64,000 nucleotides of DNA from Myxococcota bacterium (GTDB taxonomy: Bacteria; Myxococcota_A; UBA9160; UBA6930). The stretch is from assembly GCA_965223415.1 (NCBI GenBank), contig OZ245002.1, positions 512,001 through 576,000 of the forward strand, read 5' to 3'. The translations under genes and the position numbers were made by a program. Below the pieces are notes generated by a model. The model had not been told where the DNA came from. It made no database searches and worked only from the letters and a program-made list of their open reading frames with translations. Below, in pieces: positions 1-10,070 of this stretch. Position 1 is the first letter of the stretch, and each line of letters opens with the position of its first letter.

Positions 1-687
1 GGAGAGGCGGCCAAGGCGGTGTTCCACGTGAAGGGCATCCCGTACCTGCCCGTGCGGCAGGACGGCGGGATGGAGAACGCCGCCCTGCGCGCGTGGACCG
101 GCCGGGACAACGCGCCGATCGCGGTGCCGGACGACGAGCCTCCCCGGGACGGCTGGGCGGACATCCTCGCCCTGGCCGAGCGTATCGCGCCAGAGCCGGC
201 TCTGGTGCCGGAGGCTCTGTCGCTGCGCGCCGAGATGTTCGGCTTCACCCACCTCGTCGCCGGGCCCTCGGGCTTCGCCTGGGAGCGCCGCCAGATGCTC
301 TTCGCCCCGATGCTGGCCCTCGGCGAGAACGCACCGGAGCCGATCCGGCGCATGGCGGCGAAGTACGGAACCAACGAGGCCACGACGGCGGCGGCGGCGG
401 CGCGGGTGCGCGCCCTTCTCGAGCACTGGGTGACGCGCCTCGAGGCCCAACGCGCCGCGGGCAGCGAATACCTGGTCGGCGATTCCCTCACCGCCGCCGA
501 TCTCTACGCAGCGGCCTTCGCCGCGATGATCGAGCCGCTGCCGGAAGCGCAGTGCCCGATGGGCGACGGAATGCGTACCGCCTACCACCTGACCGACCCG
601 GCCGTGCGGGTGGCCGGCGACGGCATCATCCTGGCCCACCGCGAGCGCATCTACACCCGCCACCTCGAGCTCCCCCTGGACTTCTAG
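1..687 (+). CDS. Glutathione S-transferase-like protein (5' truncated)
   Basis: Frame is open from base 1 ([15 protein letters not shown]...). GST C-terminal motif [12 protein letters not shown]. Confidence 0.7.
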   Translation, partial: GEAAKAVFHVKGIPYLPVRQDGGMENAALRAWTGRDNAPIAVPDDEPPRDGWADILALAERIAPEPALVPEALSLRAEMFGFTHLVAGPSGFAWERRQMLFAPMLALGENAPEPIRRMAAKYGTNEATTAAAAARVRALLEHWVTRLEAQRAAGSEYLVGDSLTAADLYAAAFAAMIEPLPEAQCPMGDGMRTAYHLTDPAVRVAGDGIILAHRERIYTRHLELPLDF

Positions 688-689
688 CC

Positions 690-1706
690 GTGCGCGCGCT
701 CGTCCTCCTCCTCGGGCTGCTCGCGGCCTCCGCTGCGGGAGCGGGCCCGACCGTCGGTGTGAGCTGGGGCAACTTCCAGGAGGAGCGCTGGAAGACCGAC
801 GAGGCCGCCCTGCGCGGCGCCCTCGAGGCCGCCGGCGCCCGCTACCTCTCCGCCGATGCCGGAAGCCGCGCCGAGAAGCAGCTCGCGGACGTGGAGAGCC
901 TGCTCGCTCGCGGCGCCGACGTCCTGGTGATCGTCGCCCACGACCGGGACGCCATCCTGCCGGCCGTGCACCGCGCCCGGGCCGAGGGCGTCCCCGTCGT
1001 CGCCTACGACCGCCTCATCGAGCAGAAGGACGTGGTCTACCTCTCCTTCGACAACCGCGAGGTGGGACGCATCCAGGCGCGCGTGATCCAGGATCTCCAG
1101 CCCACCGGCCGCTACGTCTTCATCAAGGGCTCACCCCAGGATCCCAACGCCGATTTCGTGCACGCCGGTCAGCTCGATGTCCTCGGTCCCGCGTTGGCCG
1201 CGGGGCGCATCGAGAACGCCGGCGAGCAGTACGTCGACGGTTGGCTGCCCGAGCTCGCCCAACGGCTGATGGAGCAGATCCTCACCGCCAACGACAACCG
1301 GGTGGACGCGGTGGTGTGCTCGAACGACGGCATGGCGGGAGGCGTCGTGGCGGCCCTGCGGGCCCAGGGCCTGGACGGCATCCCGGTCTCGGGCCAGGAC
1401 GGCGACCGTGCGGCCCTCCACCGGGTGGCCCGGGGCGAGCAGGCTGTCAGCGTCTGGAAGGACGCCCGCGCCCTGGGTGCGCTGGCCGCCCGGGTCGCCC
1501 TCGCCCTGGCCGGCGGAGCCCGGCCCGAAGCGGTCGAAGGGGTCGGCGTGTACCGGGACGGCCCCCGCGGCGTCCCCGTGCCGGCGATCCTGCTCACCCC
1601 GGTGCCGATCACCCGGGAGAACCTGGACGTCGTCCTCGAGGCCGGCTGGGTCGCGAAGGACGACGTGTGCGGCGGCGTCCCCGCGCCGCCGCCCGCCTGT
1701 CGTTAG
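690..1706 (+). CDS. xylF: D-xylose-type sugar ABC transporter substrate-binding protein
   Basis: GTG at 690 begins a signal peptide. [33 protein letters not shown] and SGQDGD motifs typical of XylF. Confidence 0.85.
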   Translation: MRALVLLLGLLAASAAGAGPTVGVSWGNFQEERWKTDEAALRGALEAAGARYLSADAGSRAEKQLADVESLLARGADVLVIVAHDRDAILPAVHRARAEGVPVVAYDRLIEQKDVVYLSFDNREVGRIQARVIQDLQPTGRYVFIKGSPQDPNADFVHAGQLDVLGPALAAGRIENAGEQYVDGWLPELAQRLMEQILTANDNRVDAVVCSNDGMAGGVVAALRAQGLDGIPVSGQDGDRAALHRVARGEQAVSVWKDARALGALAARVALALAGGARPEAVEGVGVYRDGPRGVPVPAILLTPVPITRENLDVVLEAGWVAKDDVCGGVPAPPPACR

Positions 1707-1730
1707 GCTCGTGCCGAGGAGCGCGCTGCC

Positions 1731-2867
1731 ATGAGCCCCGAGGCCCGCCGCCGCGCCGGCCTGCTGCTGGCCCTCGTCGTGCTCTGGCTCTCCTTCCACG
1801 CGGCCTCGGACGGCGCCTTCCTCACCCTGCGCAACCTCACGAACCTGGCGGTGCAGACCTGCGTCGTCGGCCTGATGGCGACGGGCATGGTGCTGGCGAT
1901 CGCCGCCCGCCAGATCGATCTCTCGGTGGGCTCGGTGCTCGGCGCCACGGGCATGGTGATGGCGGTGCTCCAGGCCGAGGTCTGGCCCCGGGAGGCCGCC
2001 TGGAGCGGCGGGCTCGCCGCGGCGACGGGTCTCGCGGCAGGGCTCGCGATCGGCCTGTGGCAGGGGTGGTGGATCGCCTACCGCGGCGTCCCGGCCTTCG
2101 TCGTCACCCTCGCCGGCCTGCTCGTGTTCCGCGGCGCCGCCTTCCTGGTCACCGACGGGCGCACGGTGGCACCGCTCGCCGAAGGCTTCGCCCGCCTCGG
2201 CGGCGGGCCCGATGGCACCCTTCCGGCGGCGGCGAGCTGGGCCATCGGCCTGGCCGGCGCCCTCGCGTTCACGGTGACGACGACGCGGGGCCAGGCTGCG
2301 TCCCGTCGCTGGCTCGTGGCCGCGGTCTCCTGCGCCGCGGCGCTCGTGGCCGTCGCCGTGTTCACGCTCCCGCTTCGCAGCGGCGCGCCGGCCCGGGGAA
2401 TCCCCTATCCGGTCGTGCTCCTGGCCGGCGTGGCGGCCGCCGTCGGCGTGCTCGCCCATGCCACCCGATTCGGCCGCTGGGTCTTCGCCCTGGGAGGCAG
2501 TCCCACCGCCGCCGCCCGCGCCGGCATCGACACGCGCCGCGTGACCCTGGGCCTCTTCGCCCTGCTGGGCGTCCTCTCGGCCCTGGCCGGCCTCGTCACG
2601 GTGGCCCGGCTCGAGGCCGGCACCAGCTCGATGGGCACCCTGGCCGAACTCAGCGTGATCGCCGCGGCGGTGATCGGCGGCGCCTCCCTGCGCGGCGGCA
2701 CCGGCAGTGTGGCCGGCGCCCTGCTCGGCGCCCTCCTCATGCAGACCCTCGAGAACGGCCTGGTGCTGCTCGGCGCCTCGAGCGCCGCGCGGCAGATCAC
2801 GATCGGTCTCGTCCTCGTCCTCGCCGTCTGGGTCGACGGCCGCCTGCGCGGAGAAGACGAGCGATGA
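1731..2867 (+). CDS. xylH: Sugar ABC transporter permease
   Basis: Hydrophobic. IDLSVGS, VPAFVVTLAG and ELSVIAAAVIGGASLRGG motifs. Confidence 0.85.
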   Translation: MSPEARRRAGLLLALVVLWLSFHAASDGAFLTLRNLTNLAVQTCVVGLMATGMVLAIAARQIDLSVGSVLGATGMVMAVLQAEVWPREAAWSGGLAAATGLAAGLAIGLWQGWWIAYRGVPAFVVTLAGLLVFRGAAFLVTDGRTVAPLAEGFARLGGGPDGTLPAAASWAIGLAGALAFTVTTTRGQAASRRWLVAAVSCAAALVAVAVFTLPLRSGAPARGIPYPVVLLAGVAAAVGVLAHATRFGRWVFALGGSPTAAARAGIDTRRVTLGLFALLGVLSALAGLVTVARLEAGTSSMGTLAELSVIAAAVIGGASLRGGTGSVAGALLGALLMQTLENGLVLLGASSAARQITIGLVLVLAVWVDGRLRGEDER

Positions 2868-3595
2868 CGCTTCCCCTCGTCGAGATGCGCGGCGTCGGCA
2901 GGCACTTCGGCGGCGTGCGCGCCGTGGAGGGCGTCGACCTCTCCCTCGCCGCCGGCGAGATCCTGGGCCTCGTCGGCCACAACGGCGCCGGCAAGTCCAC
3001 CCTGATGCGCGGTCTCTCCGGCGCCGATCCCTTCGACGAGGGCGAAGTCCGCATCGAAGGCGCGCCGGCCCGCATCCGCACCCCCCGCGACGCCCGCCGC
3101 CTGGGCATCGAGACCGTCTACCAGGACCTGGCTCTCGCCGACAACCTCGACGCCGTCGCCAATCTCTTCCTCGGCCGCGAGCCCACGCACCACGGCCTGC
3201 TCGACGAGGCGGGCATGGAGGCCCAGGCCCGGAAGGTGCTGGCCCGGGTGAACCCGGACTTCGACGCACTGCGGGTCCCGGTGCGCTCCCTCTCCGGCGG
3301 CCAACGGCAGGCCGTCGCGATCGCCCGCGCCCTTCGCTTCCGCGCCCGCCTGCTGATCCTCGACGAGCCCACCGCGAGCCTCGGCCCCGCCGAGACCGCC
3401 ATGGTCCACACCGTCGTGCGCCGCCTACGGGACGAGGGCCTCGCCATCGTCGTGGTGAGTCACGACCTCCACGACCTGCTCGAGCTCGCGGATCGCGTCG
3501 CCGTCCTGCGGACGGGCCGGCTCGTCGCCGCGGCGCCCCGTGAGGGGACTTCCCGCGACCAGATCGTGCGCTGGATGCTGGGCGAAGAAGGCTAG
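2864..3595 (+). CDS. xylG: Sugar ABC transporter ATP-binding protein (single NBD)
   Basis: ATGA overlap with the permease stop. Walker A GHNGAGKS, signature LSGGQ, Walker B LILDEPT, H-loop SHD. Confidence 0.8.
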   Translation: MTLPLVEMRGVGRHFGGVRAVEGVDLSLAAGEILGLVGHNGAGKSTLMRGLSGADPFDEGEVRIEGAPARIRTPRDARRLGIETVYQDLALADNLDAVANLFLGREPTHHGLLDEAGMEAQARKVLARVNPDFDALRVPVRSLSGGQRQAVAIARALRFRARLLILDEPTASLGPAETAMVHTVVRRLRDEGLAIVVVSHDLHDLLELADRVAVLRTGRLVAAAPREGTSRDQIVRWMLGEEG

Positions 3596-6500
3596 AACGT
3601 GTACCGCAACCGCACGAAGATCTCGTCCCGCTCGCGGATCAGGGAGAGACCGGGCTCACCGAAGGACTTCTCCCGGTCCTTGCCGAAGCGCTGGATCACG
3701 CCGGAACCGGTGTCGTTGATGGGGGCGTCGAACTCCTTCCAACGCCCCGCGAAGGCGGCCACCCCGAAGGTCGCCGAGAAGTTCTCGTCGAAGCGGTAGG
3801 TCACCTGGGGGATGAAGGCGCCGGAGTTCGAGTGGATGTCGTAGACGAAGGTCATCGACGGCAGCAGCCGGTCCTGGAAGTAGCCGGTCGTGGCGGTGAA
3901 GGTGAAGAAGACGTTCCACGGACCGGTCGAGAGGTGGCCCTGGCGGTAGTCCTCGATGTACTGGAAGAACCACTGGGTGTTGAAGAAGAAGGTCCGGTTG
4001 GCATTCAGGAAGTTGACGAAGGTCGAGCGGTCGATGGAGACCGTGAGATTGAAGGTGTCGATCTCGGAGTTGCCATCGTAGGCGTCCGCGTCCGCCGAGG
4101 GGATCCCCTCCTGCCAGGTGAACTCGACGCCCCAGTTCGTCTTCGTCGTGTCCTCGGTGAAGTCCATCGAGAAGCCGAGGACGTTGCGCTTCTCGTAGCG
4201 CACGACGAGCTGGTTGCCGCCGTGCCACAGGAACTGGCGCCGGCCGAAGCGGCCGTTGCCTCCCGCACGGCGGGTGGAGCGCGTGTGACCCGAGGTGCCG
4301 AGCAGCGTGCGGACGAGCCCGCAGTAGATCGGCCTCGCGAAGGAGCAGCGCTCGGTGGAGAAGGTGTCGTTCGGGTCGAGGACGTCGGTGGCGTTGGCGT
4401 CGTTGCGCGTCAACGTCGTCCCCTCCTCGCCCTGGCTCAGGGCCACGAAGGCGAGCAGGTAGTTCCACGAGACGATGGCGAGCTCGTTCTGCCAGACCTG
4501 GCCGGTGATCGGGTGGACGGCGCCGCCGGGCGAGCCGTCCACGCGCGGGTCGTAGCAGTCGTCGCCCGGGCCGCGGGCGCCGGGCAGCCGGCAGTCGAAG
4601 CCGATCCGCGTGGCGATCGCCTCGCCGTCGAAGCCCACCGTGCCCGGCTGGGCCACGCTGCGGTCGGTCACGTCCCAGAGCTCGCCTCCGGGCAAGAAGG
4701 TGCCCTGGATGCCAGGCCAGGACTGAAAGAGCACGCTGGCCTCGGCGTTCAGCAGGTCGAGGCCCTCGATGTCGCAGTTCGTGTCGAAGAAGGGCCCGCA
4801 GCCGAGGAGCGCCTCCTGCTCGTCGGTCAGGAAGGGCGACAGCGAGTTGCCGAGGATCCCGTTCACGCTCGCGACGCCGAGCGGCGGGGTGAGGCCGGCG
4901 AGGATCGCACTCTGGGTCGCGGCGGGATAGTCGGTGAAGGTCGCGGCGATCCCGTCCGCCGGCCCGACGTGGAGGGGGACGAGCAGCGTGGGCACGGCCG
5001 GCGTGAAGGTGACGAAGTCGAAGAAGGTCGTCGCGAAGGGCGCGTTTGCGCCGATCTGGGTCGAAGTCGTCGGCGTGAAGCCGCCGAGCTGGTACCAGAT
5101 CGAGCTTCCGACCACGGTGCCGTCGAGCCCGTTGTCGCCGGCCGCGATGCTCGAGATCGCCGTCGAGATGGGGACCGGCGAGCCGGGCGGTACACCGAGG
5201 CTGTTGAAGATCGTCTGGGCGCAAGCGGTGGGATCGAGGGGCGGCGCGAAGGCCACCGAGGTCGCACAGGCCCAGGCGAAGAGCGTCTGGTTGGCGTGGT
5301 GCTCGAGGAGCGCGCTGTCCGCCCCCAGGCACGCGTCCTCGCCACCGGTCCGACAACGGCCGGTCTGCTCGGCCTTGCGCGGCCGGCCGGTTTGCGGATC
5401 CACGTTGCGCTGGAAGGTCGCGATGATGTCGAGGTAGGGGAAGTCGCTGTAGCCGTAGAAGTCGGTGAGGGCGAAGGAGAAGCGGTCGTAGCGCCACTCG
5501 ATGCGGGCGGCGACGTCGATGCCCTTCCAGCTGTTCCACGGGTTCGGCGGGCGGATCTCCCCGGCCAGGCCGAAGCCGTTCTGGCCGTGGGCGAGGAGCC
5601 CGAAGGTCTTGTTGCACGCGACGAGGGGCGAGTAGGGCTCGCCGCAGCGCCCGATGTCGCTGGGCTCGAACTGGTCGTAGATGACGGCGAGCTCGGCGCG
5701 CACATCCTGGAGGGGACCCACCTCGTAGAAGGAGTAGACGGCCCGGAGCGCCCACTGGGCGATCCGGGATTCCTCGAGGGTCGGCAGGGACGCCAGCGCC
5801 AGATCGGCCGGGTTGAGCTGGTCGGTCGTGCTGAAGAGCTCGGTCTTGCCCCAGACGATGTTCTGCTTGCCGATCCGCATCCAGAGCTGGTTGTCGAACA
5901 TCTCCAGCTCGACGTAGGCCTCCTTCAGCTCCTTCTCGTCCTGCTGGGAGGCGCCGCGGTTCCACTGCAACTCGTTGACGGTGAAGTTCTGGTCGAAGGC
6001 GTCGAACTCGCCGTCCTTGAGCATCTGCTGGAGGCGCTGGTTCGGGTACCAGACGCCCTGGGGAACCCAGGCCGGGTTGCCGGCGTCGAAGCGCACCTCG
6101 GGCGCGGGGCGGTAGGGCAAGGCCAGCCCACCGCCGCCGCCCCGCAGCACCACGTCGTTGAAGTCCTGGGCGCGAAACGGGCTCGGGACGTGCCGCACGT
6201 CGTGGATGGGCTCGATCCCGCAGCGGATGTTGTGGATCAGCGGCTGCCCGCCGATGCCGTTGCTGGGTCCGCGGATGCGGCGGCCGGCGAAGAGGCACTC
6301 GTCGAGGTTGCTGAGGACGAGCTGGGCGGGATCGTCACTGCCGGGAACGATCCTGCGATCGAACTCGCCGTCGAGACCGGCGCTACCGCCGAAGAGGATC
6401 GAGTAGGTGGAGCCCTGGACGCCGAGCGCCCTGCGGGAGCCGCCCTGGGAGCCGGCATCGTGGCGGAAACGGAAGGCCTGCTGGACGATGTCGTAGTCGA

Positions 6501-6933
6501 AGAAGCGCCGCGTATCGCCGGTGAACTGGGTGCCGTCGAAGCCCGTGCGCCGCATGCTCGAGAGCCGTTGGGGCAGGCGTCCCGGGCGGTCGCCGTAGAC
6601 GTCGACGTTCGGGAAGAGGCCGCAGCCGCGGCTCCACACGCAGTCGAAGCGGACCTCGAGGCGAGCGAATGCGCCGATCTGGTCGAAGGGCCCGAAGCCG
6701 TCCGGCGCAATCTCGGCTTCGATCTCCAGGTCCAGCACGTGGTACCACTGGCTCAGATCCCAGTCGTTCGATCCGCTGAAGTCCTCCCAGATGGAGCGGA
6801 TCTGCTGCTCGTAGAAGCCGTGGATCTGCAGCCGGCGGTCGAAGAACTCGAGCGCGTGGGCGGGCAGAGCGACCGATAGCAGGAGCATCGCGCCAGCCGC
6901 ACAGCCGGCGCGCGTGGCGAGCGCGCGATTCAA
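3592..6933 (-). CDS. Very large DUF1302-like outer-membrane beta-barrel protein (1113 aa)
   Basis: TTG start with GAGGAG RBS and signal peptide. LKEAYVE..MRIGKQNIVWGKTE..DQLNP motif. C-terminal VRLRYTF beta-signal. Confidence 0.65.
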   Translation of the reverse strand: MNRALATRAGCAAGAMLLLSVALPAHALEFFDRRLQIHGFYEQQIRSIWEDFSGSNDWDLSQWYHVLDLEIEAEIAPDGFGPFDQIGAFARLEVRFDCVWSRGCGLFPNVDVYGDRPGRLPQRLSSMRRTGFDGTQFTGDTRRFFDYDIVQQAFRFRHDAGSQGGSRRALGVQGSTYSILFGGSAGLDGEFDRRIVPGSDDPAQLVLSNLDECLFAGRRIRGPSNGIGGQPLIHNIRCGIEPIHDVRHVPSPFRAQDFNDVVLRGGGGGLALPYRPAPEVRFDAGNPAWVPQGVWYPNQRLQQMLKDGEFDAFDQNFTVNELQWNRGASQQDEKELKEAYVELEMFDNQLWMRIGKQNIVWGKTELFSTTDQLNPADLALASLPTLEESRIAQWALRAVYSFYEVGPLQDVRAELAVIYDQFEPSDIGRCGEPYSPLVACNKTFGLLAHGQNGFGLAGEIRPPNPWNSWKGIDVAARIEWRYDRFSFALTDFYGYSDFPYLDIIATFQRNVDPQTGRPRKAEQTGRCRTGGEDACLGADSALLEHHANQTLFAWACATSVAFAPPLDPTACAQTIFNSLGVPPGSPVPISTAISSIAAGDNGLDGTVVGSSIWYQLGGFTPTTSTQIGANAPFATTFFDFVTFTPAVPTLLVPLHVGPADGIAATFTDYPAATQSAILAGLTPPLGVASVNGILGNSLSPFLTDEQEALLGCGPFFDTNCDIEGLDLLNAEASVLFQSWPGIQGTFLPGGELWDVTDRSVAQPGTVGFDGEAIATRIGFDCRLPGARGPGDDCYDPRVDGSPGGAVHPITGQVWQNELAIVSWNYLLAFVALSQGEEGTTLTRNDANATDVLDPNDTFSTERCSFARPIYCGLVRTLLGTSGHTRSTRRAGGNGRFGRRQFLWHGGNQLVVRYEKRNVLGFSMDFTEDTTKTNWGVEFTWQEGIPSADADAYDGNSEIDTFNLTVSIDRSTFVNFLNANRTFFFNTQWFFQYIEDYRQGHLSTGPWNVFFTFTATTGYFQDRLLPSMTFVYDIHSNSGAFIPQVTYRFDENFSATFGVAAFAGRWKEFDAPINDTGSGVIQRFGKDREKSFGEPGLSLIRERDEIFVRLRYTF

Positions 6934-7015
6934 GGGACCCCTCCTCGCCCATCCCCAGATAGGCGGCTCCCACGCTAGACCGGTGTGGGGCCTCCGACAA
7001 CCACCCAGCGCCCTC

Positions 7016-7627
7016 TCAGCGGCCTCCGTCGGGCTCCGGGGTCACCTCCGGGACGGTGCGCCAGAGCACCGCCAGCAGCCGGTCGATCTCGCCGATCAGG
7101 GGCCTGGAGAGATCGTGGCCGACAGCGTGTCGGACTTCTTCGTAGTACCACCGCGTCTGCCCCGGGCTGGCCGTAAAGCGTTCGAAGGCCGCGATCCCGC
7201 GGACCTGGACGTCGGCGACCAGCGAGCGCAGGTTGTCGAGCTTGTCGCAGGCGGCGACCAGACGGGTGCCGGCGTCGGCGGCCCCCACCTTGGCCAGGTA
7301 GTGCCGCTTGCGGTCGAGCCAACGGCTCTTCTTCTCCGGCGTGTCGCCTTCGAGGAGGTCGGTCAGGAGGCCGACCCGCTCGGAGATCGCGGCGCCGAAG
7401 TGCTCTTCCAGGATCGCGGCGGTCACGCCGGCACAATCTTCCAGGGTGTCGTGCAGGAGCCCGACCGCCGCCAGCTCGGCCGTGCCGCCGTGGGCCAGGA
7501 CGAGCCCGGACACCTGGATCGGGTGGCTCAGGTAGGGAACGTCGCTGCCCTTGCGGGTCTGGCCGGCGTGGGCCCGGGCGGCGAAGCGGAACGCCCGGGC
7601 GAGGAGCTCCTGGGCCTCGCGGTCCAA
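7016..7627 (-). CDS. HD-domain protein, RelA/SpoT hydrolase-like (Mesh1/small alarmone hydrolase)
   Basis: AHAGQTRKGSDVPYLSHP, LLHDTLED and DKLDN motifs. TTG start right after the upstream stop. Confidence 0.8.
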   Translation of the reverse strand: MDREAQELLARAFRFAARAHAGQTRKGSDVPYLSHPIQVSGLVLAHGGTAELAAVGLLHDTLEDCAGVTAAILEEHFGAAISERVGLLTDLLEGDTPEKKSRWLDRKRHYLAKVGAADAGTRLVAACDKLDNLRSLVADVQVRGIAAFERFTASPGQTRWYYEEVRHAVGHDLSRPLIGEIDRLLAVLWRTVPEVTPEPDGGR

Positions 7628-7629
7628 GC

Positions 7630-8787
7630 CTAGAGCCCGGGAACCTGCTCCACCGTCCCGAGCAACGCCTGGGCGCTGTCGCACCAGACCTTCTCGCCGA
7701 TGAAGGCGTGCTGGGAGCCGGTGTGCATGTCGCGGAAGCAGCGCTGGAGCAGGCTGCCGTCGCGGATCGCGACCGTCCCCGCGAACTCGTGGGCGAAGGC
7801 GGTGGCCTGCTTCGCGGCCTCGGTGGCGAGGTTGGTCGCCGCGCGAAGCAGCGCGCGCTCTTCCAGGCGAATCTCCCGGCCGGCGCCCGCCGCTTCCTCG
7901 GCGGCACGGAAGCTCTCCAGCACGAAGAGGCGCGCGGCGCGCAGCTGGCTCTCGTGCACGGCGAAGCCCTTCTGGAAGGTGGGCTTGCCCGCCAGGGCCG
8001 TCGGGTCGCCCATGCGCTGGCGTGTCGTGGCGATGGCGGCGAGCTCGTCGAGCGCCCGGCGGCCGACGCCGAGGGCGAAGCTGGCGTGGCCGGCGGCGGT
8101 CATCGGCATCATCCCCTGATCGAAGAGCGGGTGCCCGCGCAGGCGGGTCGCACCGAACAGGGGAAAGGAGAAGCCCTCGGGAATCAGGGCCTCCCGCACT
8201 TCGTAGTCGTAGGAGCCGGTGCCCTGCAGGCCCATCACGTGCCAGCCGTCGGTGAACTCCACCTGCTCCCGAGGCACGAAGCCGACCCGCATTTCTGGCA
8301 GACCGTCCGGGCGGAGGGTCGGCGCGCCGTCCACCAGGGGAATGAAGCCGGCGGAGACGGGGCGGGCGTGGCCGGTGCCGCTGCCGAAGTTGTAGCTGCC
8401 GGTCACGCGGTAGCCGCCGCTCTCGGGCGTGCCCTGGCCGCGCGGGGCGAACTGGCCCCCGACGGTCGCGGCGGGATCGCCGCCGAAGATCTTCTCCACC
8501 GCCTCGTCCGAGAGGAACGCTGCGGCGGCAGCAGCGCCGGAGCCGTTCGCCATCGCCGTCCAGCCGGTCGATCCGTCGGCCCGGGAGATCTCCTCCCACA
8601 CCTCGATGGCGTCCCGATATCCGGCGGCCTCTCCGCCCAGCTCGACAGGGAGGACGAAACGGAAGAGGCCCCCGTCAGCCAGCTCGCACACGAGCCCCGG
8701 CGGAAGCGTGCGCTCCTGCTCGGCACGGGCGGCATGGGCTTCGATCCGGGTCGCGAGCTGGCGGGCGCGTGCGAGGGCGGAGGGCAT
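7630..8787 (-). CDS. Acyl-CoA dehydrogenase-fold flavin-dependent monooxygenase (HsaA-like)
   Basis: ADGSTGW, WHVMGLQGTGS and LQRCFRDMH motifs. ATG at 8787. Confidence 0.8.
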   Translation of the reverse strand: MPSALARARQLATRIEAHAARAEQERTLPPGLVCELADGGLFRFVLPVELGGEAAGYRDAIEVWEEISRADGSTGWTAMANGSGAAAAAAFLSDEAVEKIFGGDPAATVGGQFAPRGQGTPESGGYRVTGSYNFGSGTGHARPVSAGFIPLVDGAPTLRPDGLPEMRVGFVPREQVEFTDGWHVMGLQGTGSYDYEVREALIPEGFSFPLFGATRLRGHPLFDQGMMPMTAAGHASFALGVGRRALDELAAIATTRQRMGDPTALAGKPTFQKGFAVHESQLRAARLFVLESFRAAEEAAGAGREIRLEERALLRAATNLATEAAKQATAFAHEFAGTVAIRDGSLLQRCFRDMHTGSQHAFIGEKVWCDSAQALLGTVEQVPGL

Positions 8788-8831
8788 GGCGGCGGAGGGT
8801 ACCCGATCCCTCCACCCGCTCACGTGCGGGC

Positions 8832-10067
8832 CTAGGCGCGAAGGGCTTCCGAGGGTGGGATGCGCGCCGCGGCGCGGGCGGGCAGCACGCCGGCGATCAC
8901 GGCCACCGCGGCCAGGGCGAAGAGCAGCACGCCGATCGTGAGCGGGTCGATGACCACCTCGCCCACCACCTGCCCGGCGGCCCGCTGGCCTTCCTGCACC
9001 ACGTGCACCATCGCGATGCCGGCCGCGCTCCCCACCACGGAGGCGAGCACGGAGACCACCGCCGCCTCGGCCAGGAACTGGCGGAAGACGTCCCGGCTGC
9101 GCGCGCCGACGGCCTTGCGCAGGCCGATCTCGTGGGTGCGCTCGCCAACCACGACGAACATGATGTTCATCACGCCGACGGCGCCGACCAGTAGGGTGAC
9201 GAGGCCCGCACCGTAGAGAAAGATGCGCATCGCCATCATCATGGCGAAGAGGATCTTCAACGTGTCCCACATGTTCCCGAACCAGATCGCCGTATCGCTC
9301 GTGTGCTCGAAGCCGTGGTGGGGGGCGAGCACCCGCTTCACGCTGACGATCGTGGCATCGCCGTGCTCCCGCACGACGGGCGCGAAGACCATCTCGTGGA
9401 TCACCTCGCTCTTCGTCAGCCACCGCTGCACGGCGGTGTAGGGCAGGAAGACGATCAGGTCGTCCTCGTTGCCGGTGTTGATGAGCTGCTCTCCCTTCGC
9501 CTCGGCCACGCCGACCACGCGGAAGCCCACGGACTCGACCTGCAGTGTCCGGCCGATGGGATCCAGAGCGCCGAAGAGCCGGGTGGCCGCCTTCGGCCCG
9601 ATGAAGGCCACCCGGGAGGCCCGCGCCATGTCGAGGGGGGTGAGGAAGCGCCCGCGCTCGGCGCGCAGGTTGCGCACCCGGTCCGCCCGCTCGTTGATGC
9701 CCACCACGTTCAGCACCTTGGTGCGCCCGTCCGCGCGCACGATCTGGCCCCACAGCTCGATGGTGGGCGTCGCGTTCTCGACCGCCGCGACCGATTGAAC
9801 CCGCTGCAGATCCTCCTCCTCCAGCTCGACGGCGCGAGAAGAGCGCTCGCCCACCCGGTTCTTCAGGATCACGCCGCCACCCATGAAGATGGTCTTCTCA
9901 CCGAGCTCCTCCAGCTCGCGGGTGATGTGCACGTCGGTGCCCGCCATCTGGGCCGAGAGGAAGGTGAGCATGAGGGCGCCCCAGGCGATGCCCAGGGACG
10001 TGAGCAGGAAGCGGAAGGCGTGGGCCTTCAGGCTACGCCAGGTCTCGTGGAGGAGGTCGAGCACCAT
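8832..10067 (-). CDS. MacB/FtsX-family ABC permease
   Basis: GVMNIMFVVVGERTHEIGLRKAVGA motif and C-terminal PSEALRA. Confidence 0.85.
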   Translation of the reverse strand: MVLDLLHETWRSLKAHAFRFLLTSLGIAWGALMLTFLSAQMAGTDVHITRELEELGEKTIFMGGGVILKNRVGERSSRAVELEEEDLQRVQSVAAVENATPTIELWGQIVRADGRTKVLNVVGINERADRVRNLRAERGRFLTPLDMARASRVAFIGPKAATRLFGALDPIGRTLQVESVGFRVVGVAEAKGEQLINTGNEDDLIVFLPYTAVQRWLTKSEVIHEMVFAPVVREHGDATIVSVKRVLAPHHGFEHTSDTAIWFGNMWDTLKILFAMMMAMRIFLYGAGLVTLLVGAVGVMNIMFVVVGERTHEIGLRKAVGARSRDVFRQFLAEAAVVSVLASVVGSAAGIAMVHVVQEGQRAAGQVVGEVVIDPLTIGVLLFALAAVAVIAGVLPARAAARIPPSEALRA

Positions 10068-10070
10068 CGC

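Noticed and set aside
7016..7627. HD protein as part of a toxin-antitoxin or anti-phage system
   Set aside because: No adjacent synthetase, toxin or other defence gene; the neighbours are metabolic and transport genes.
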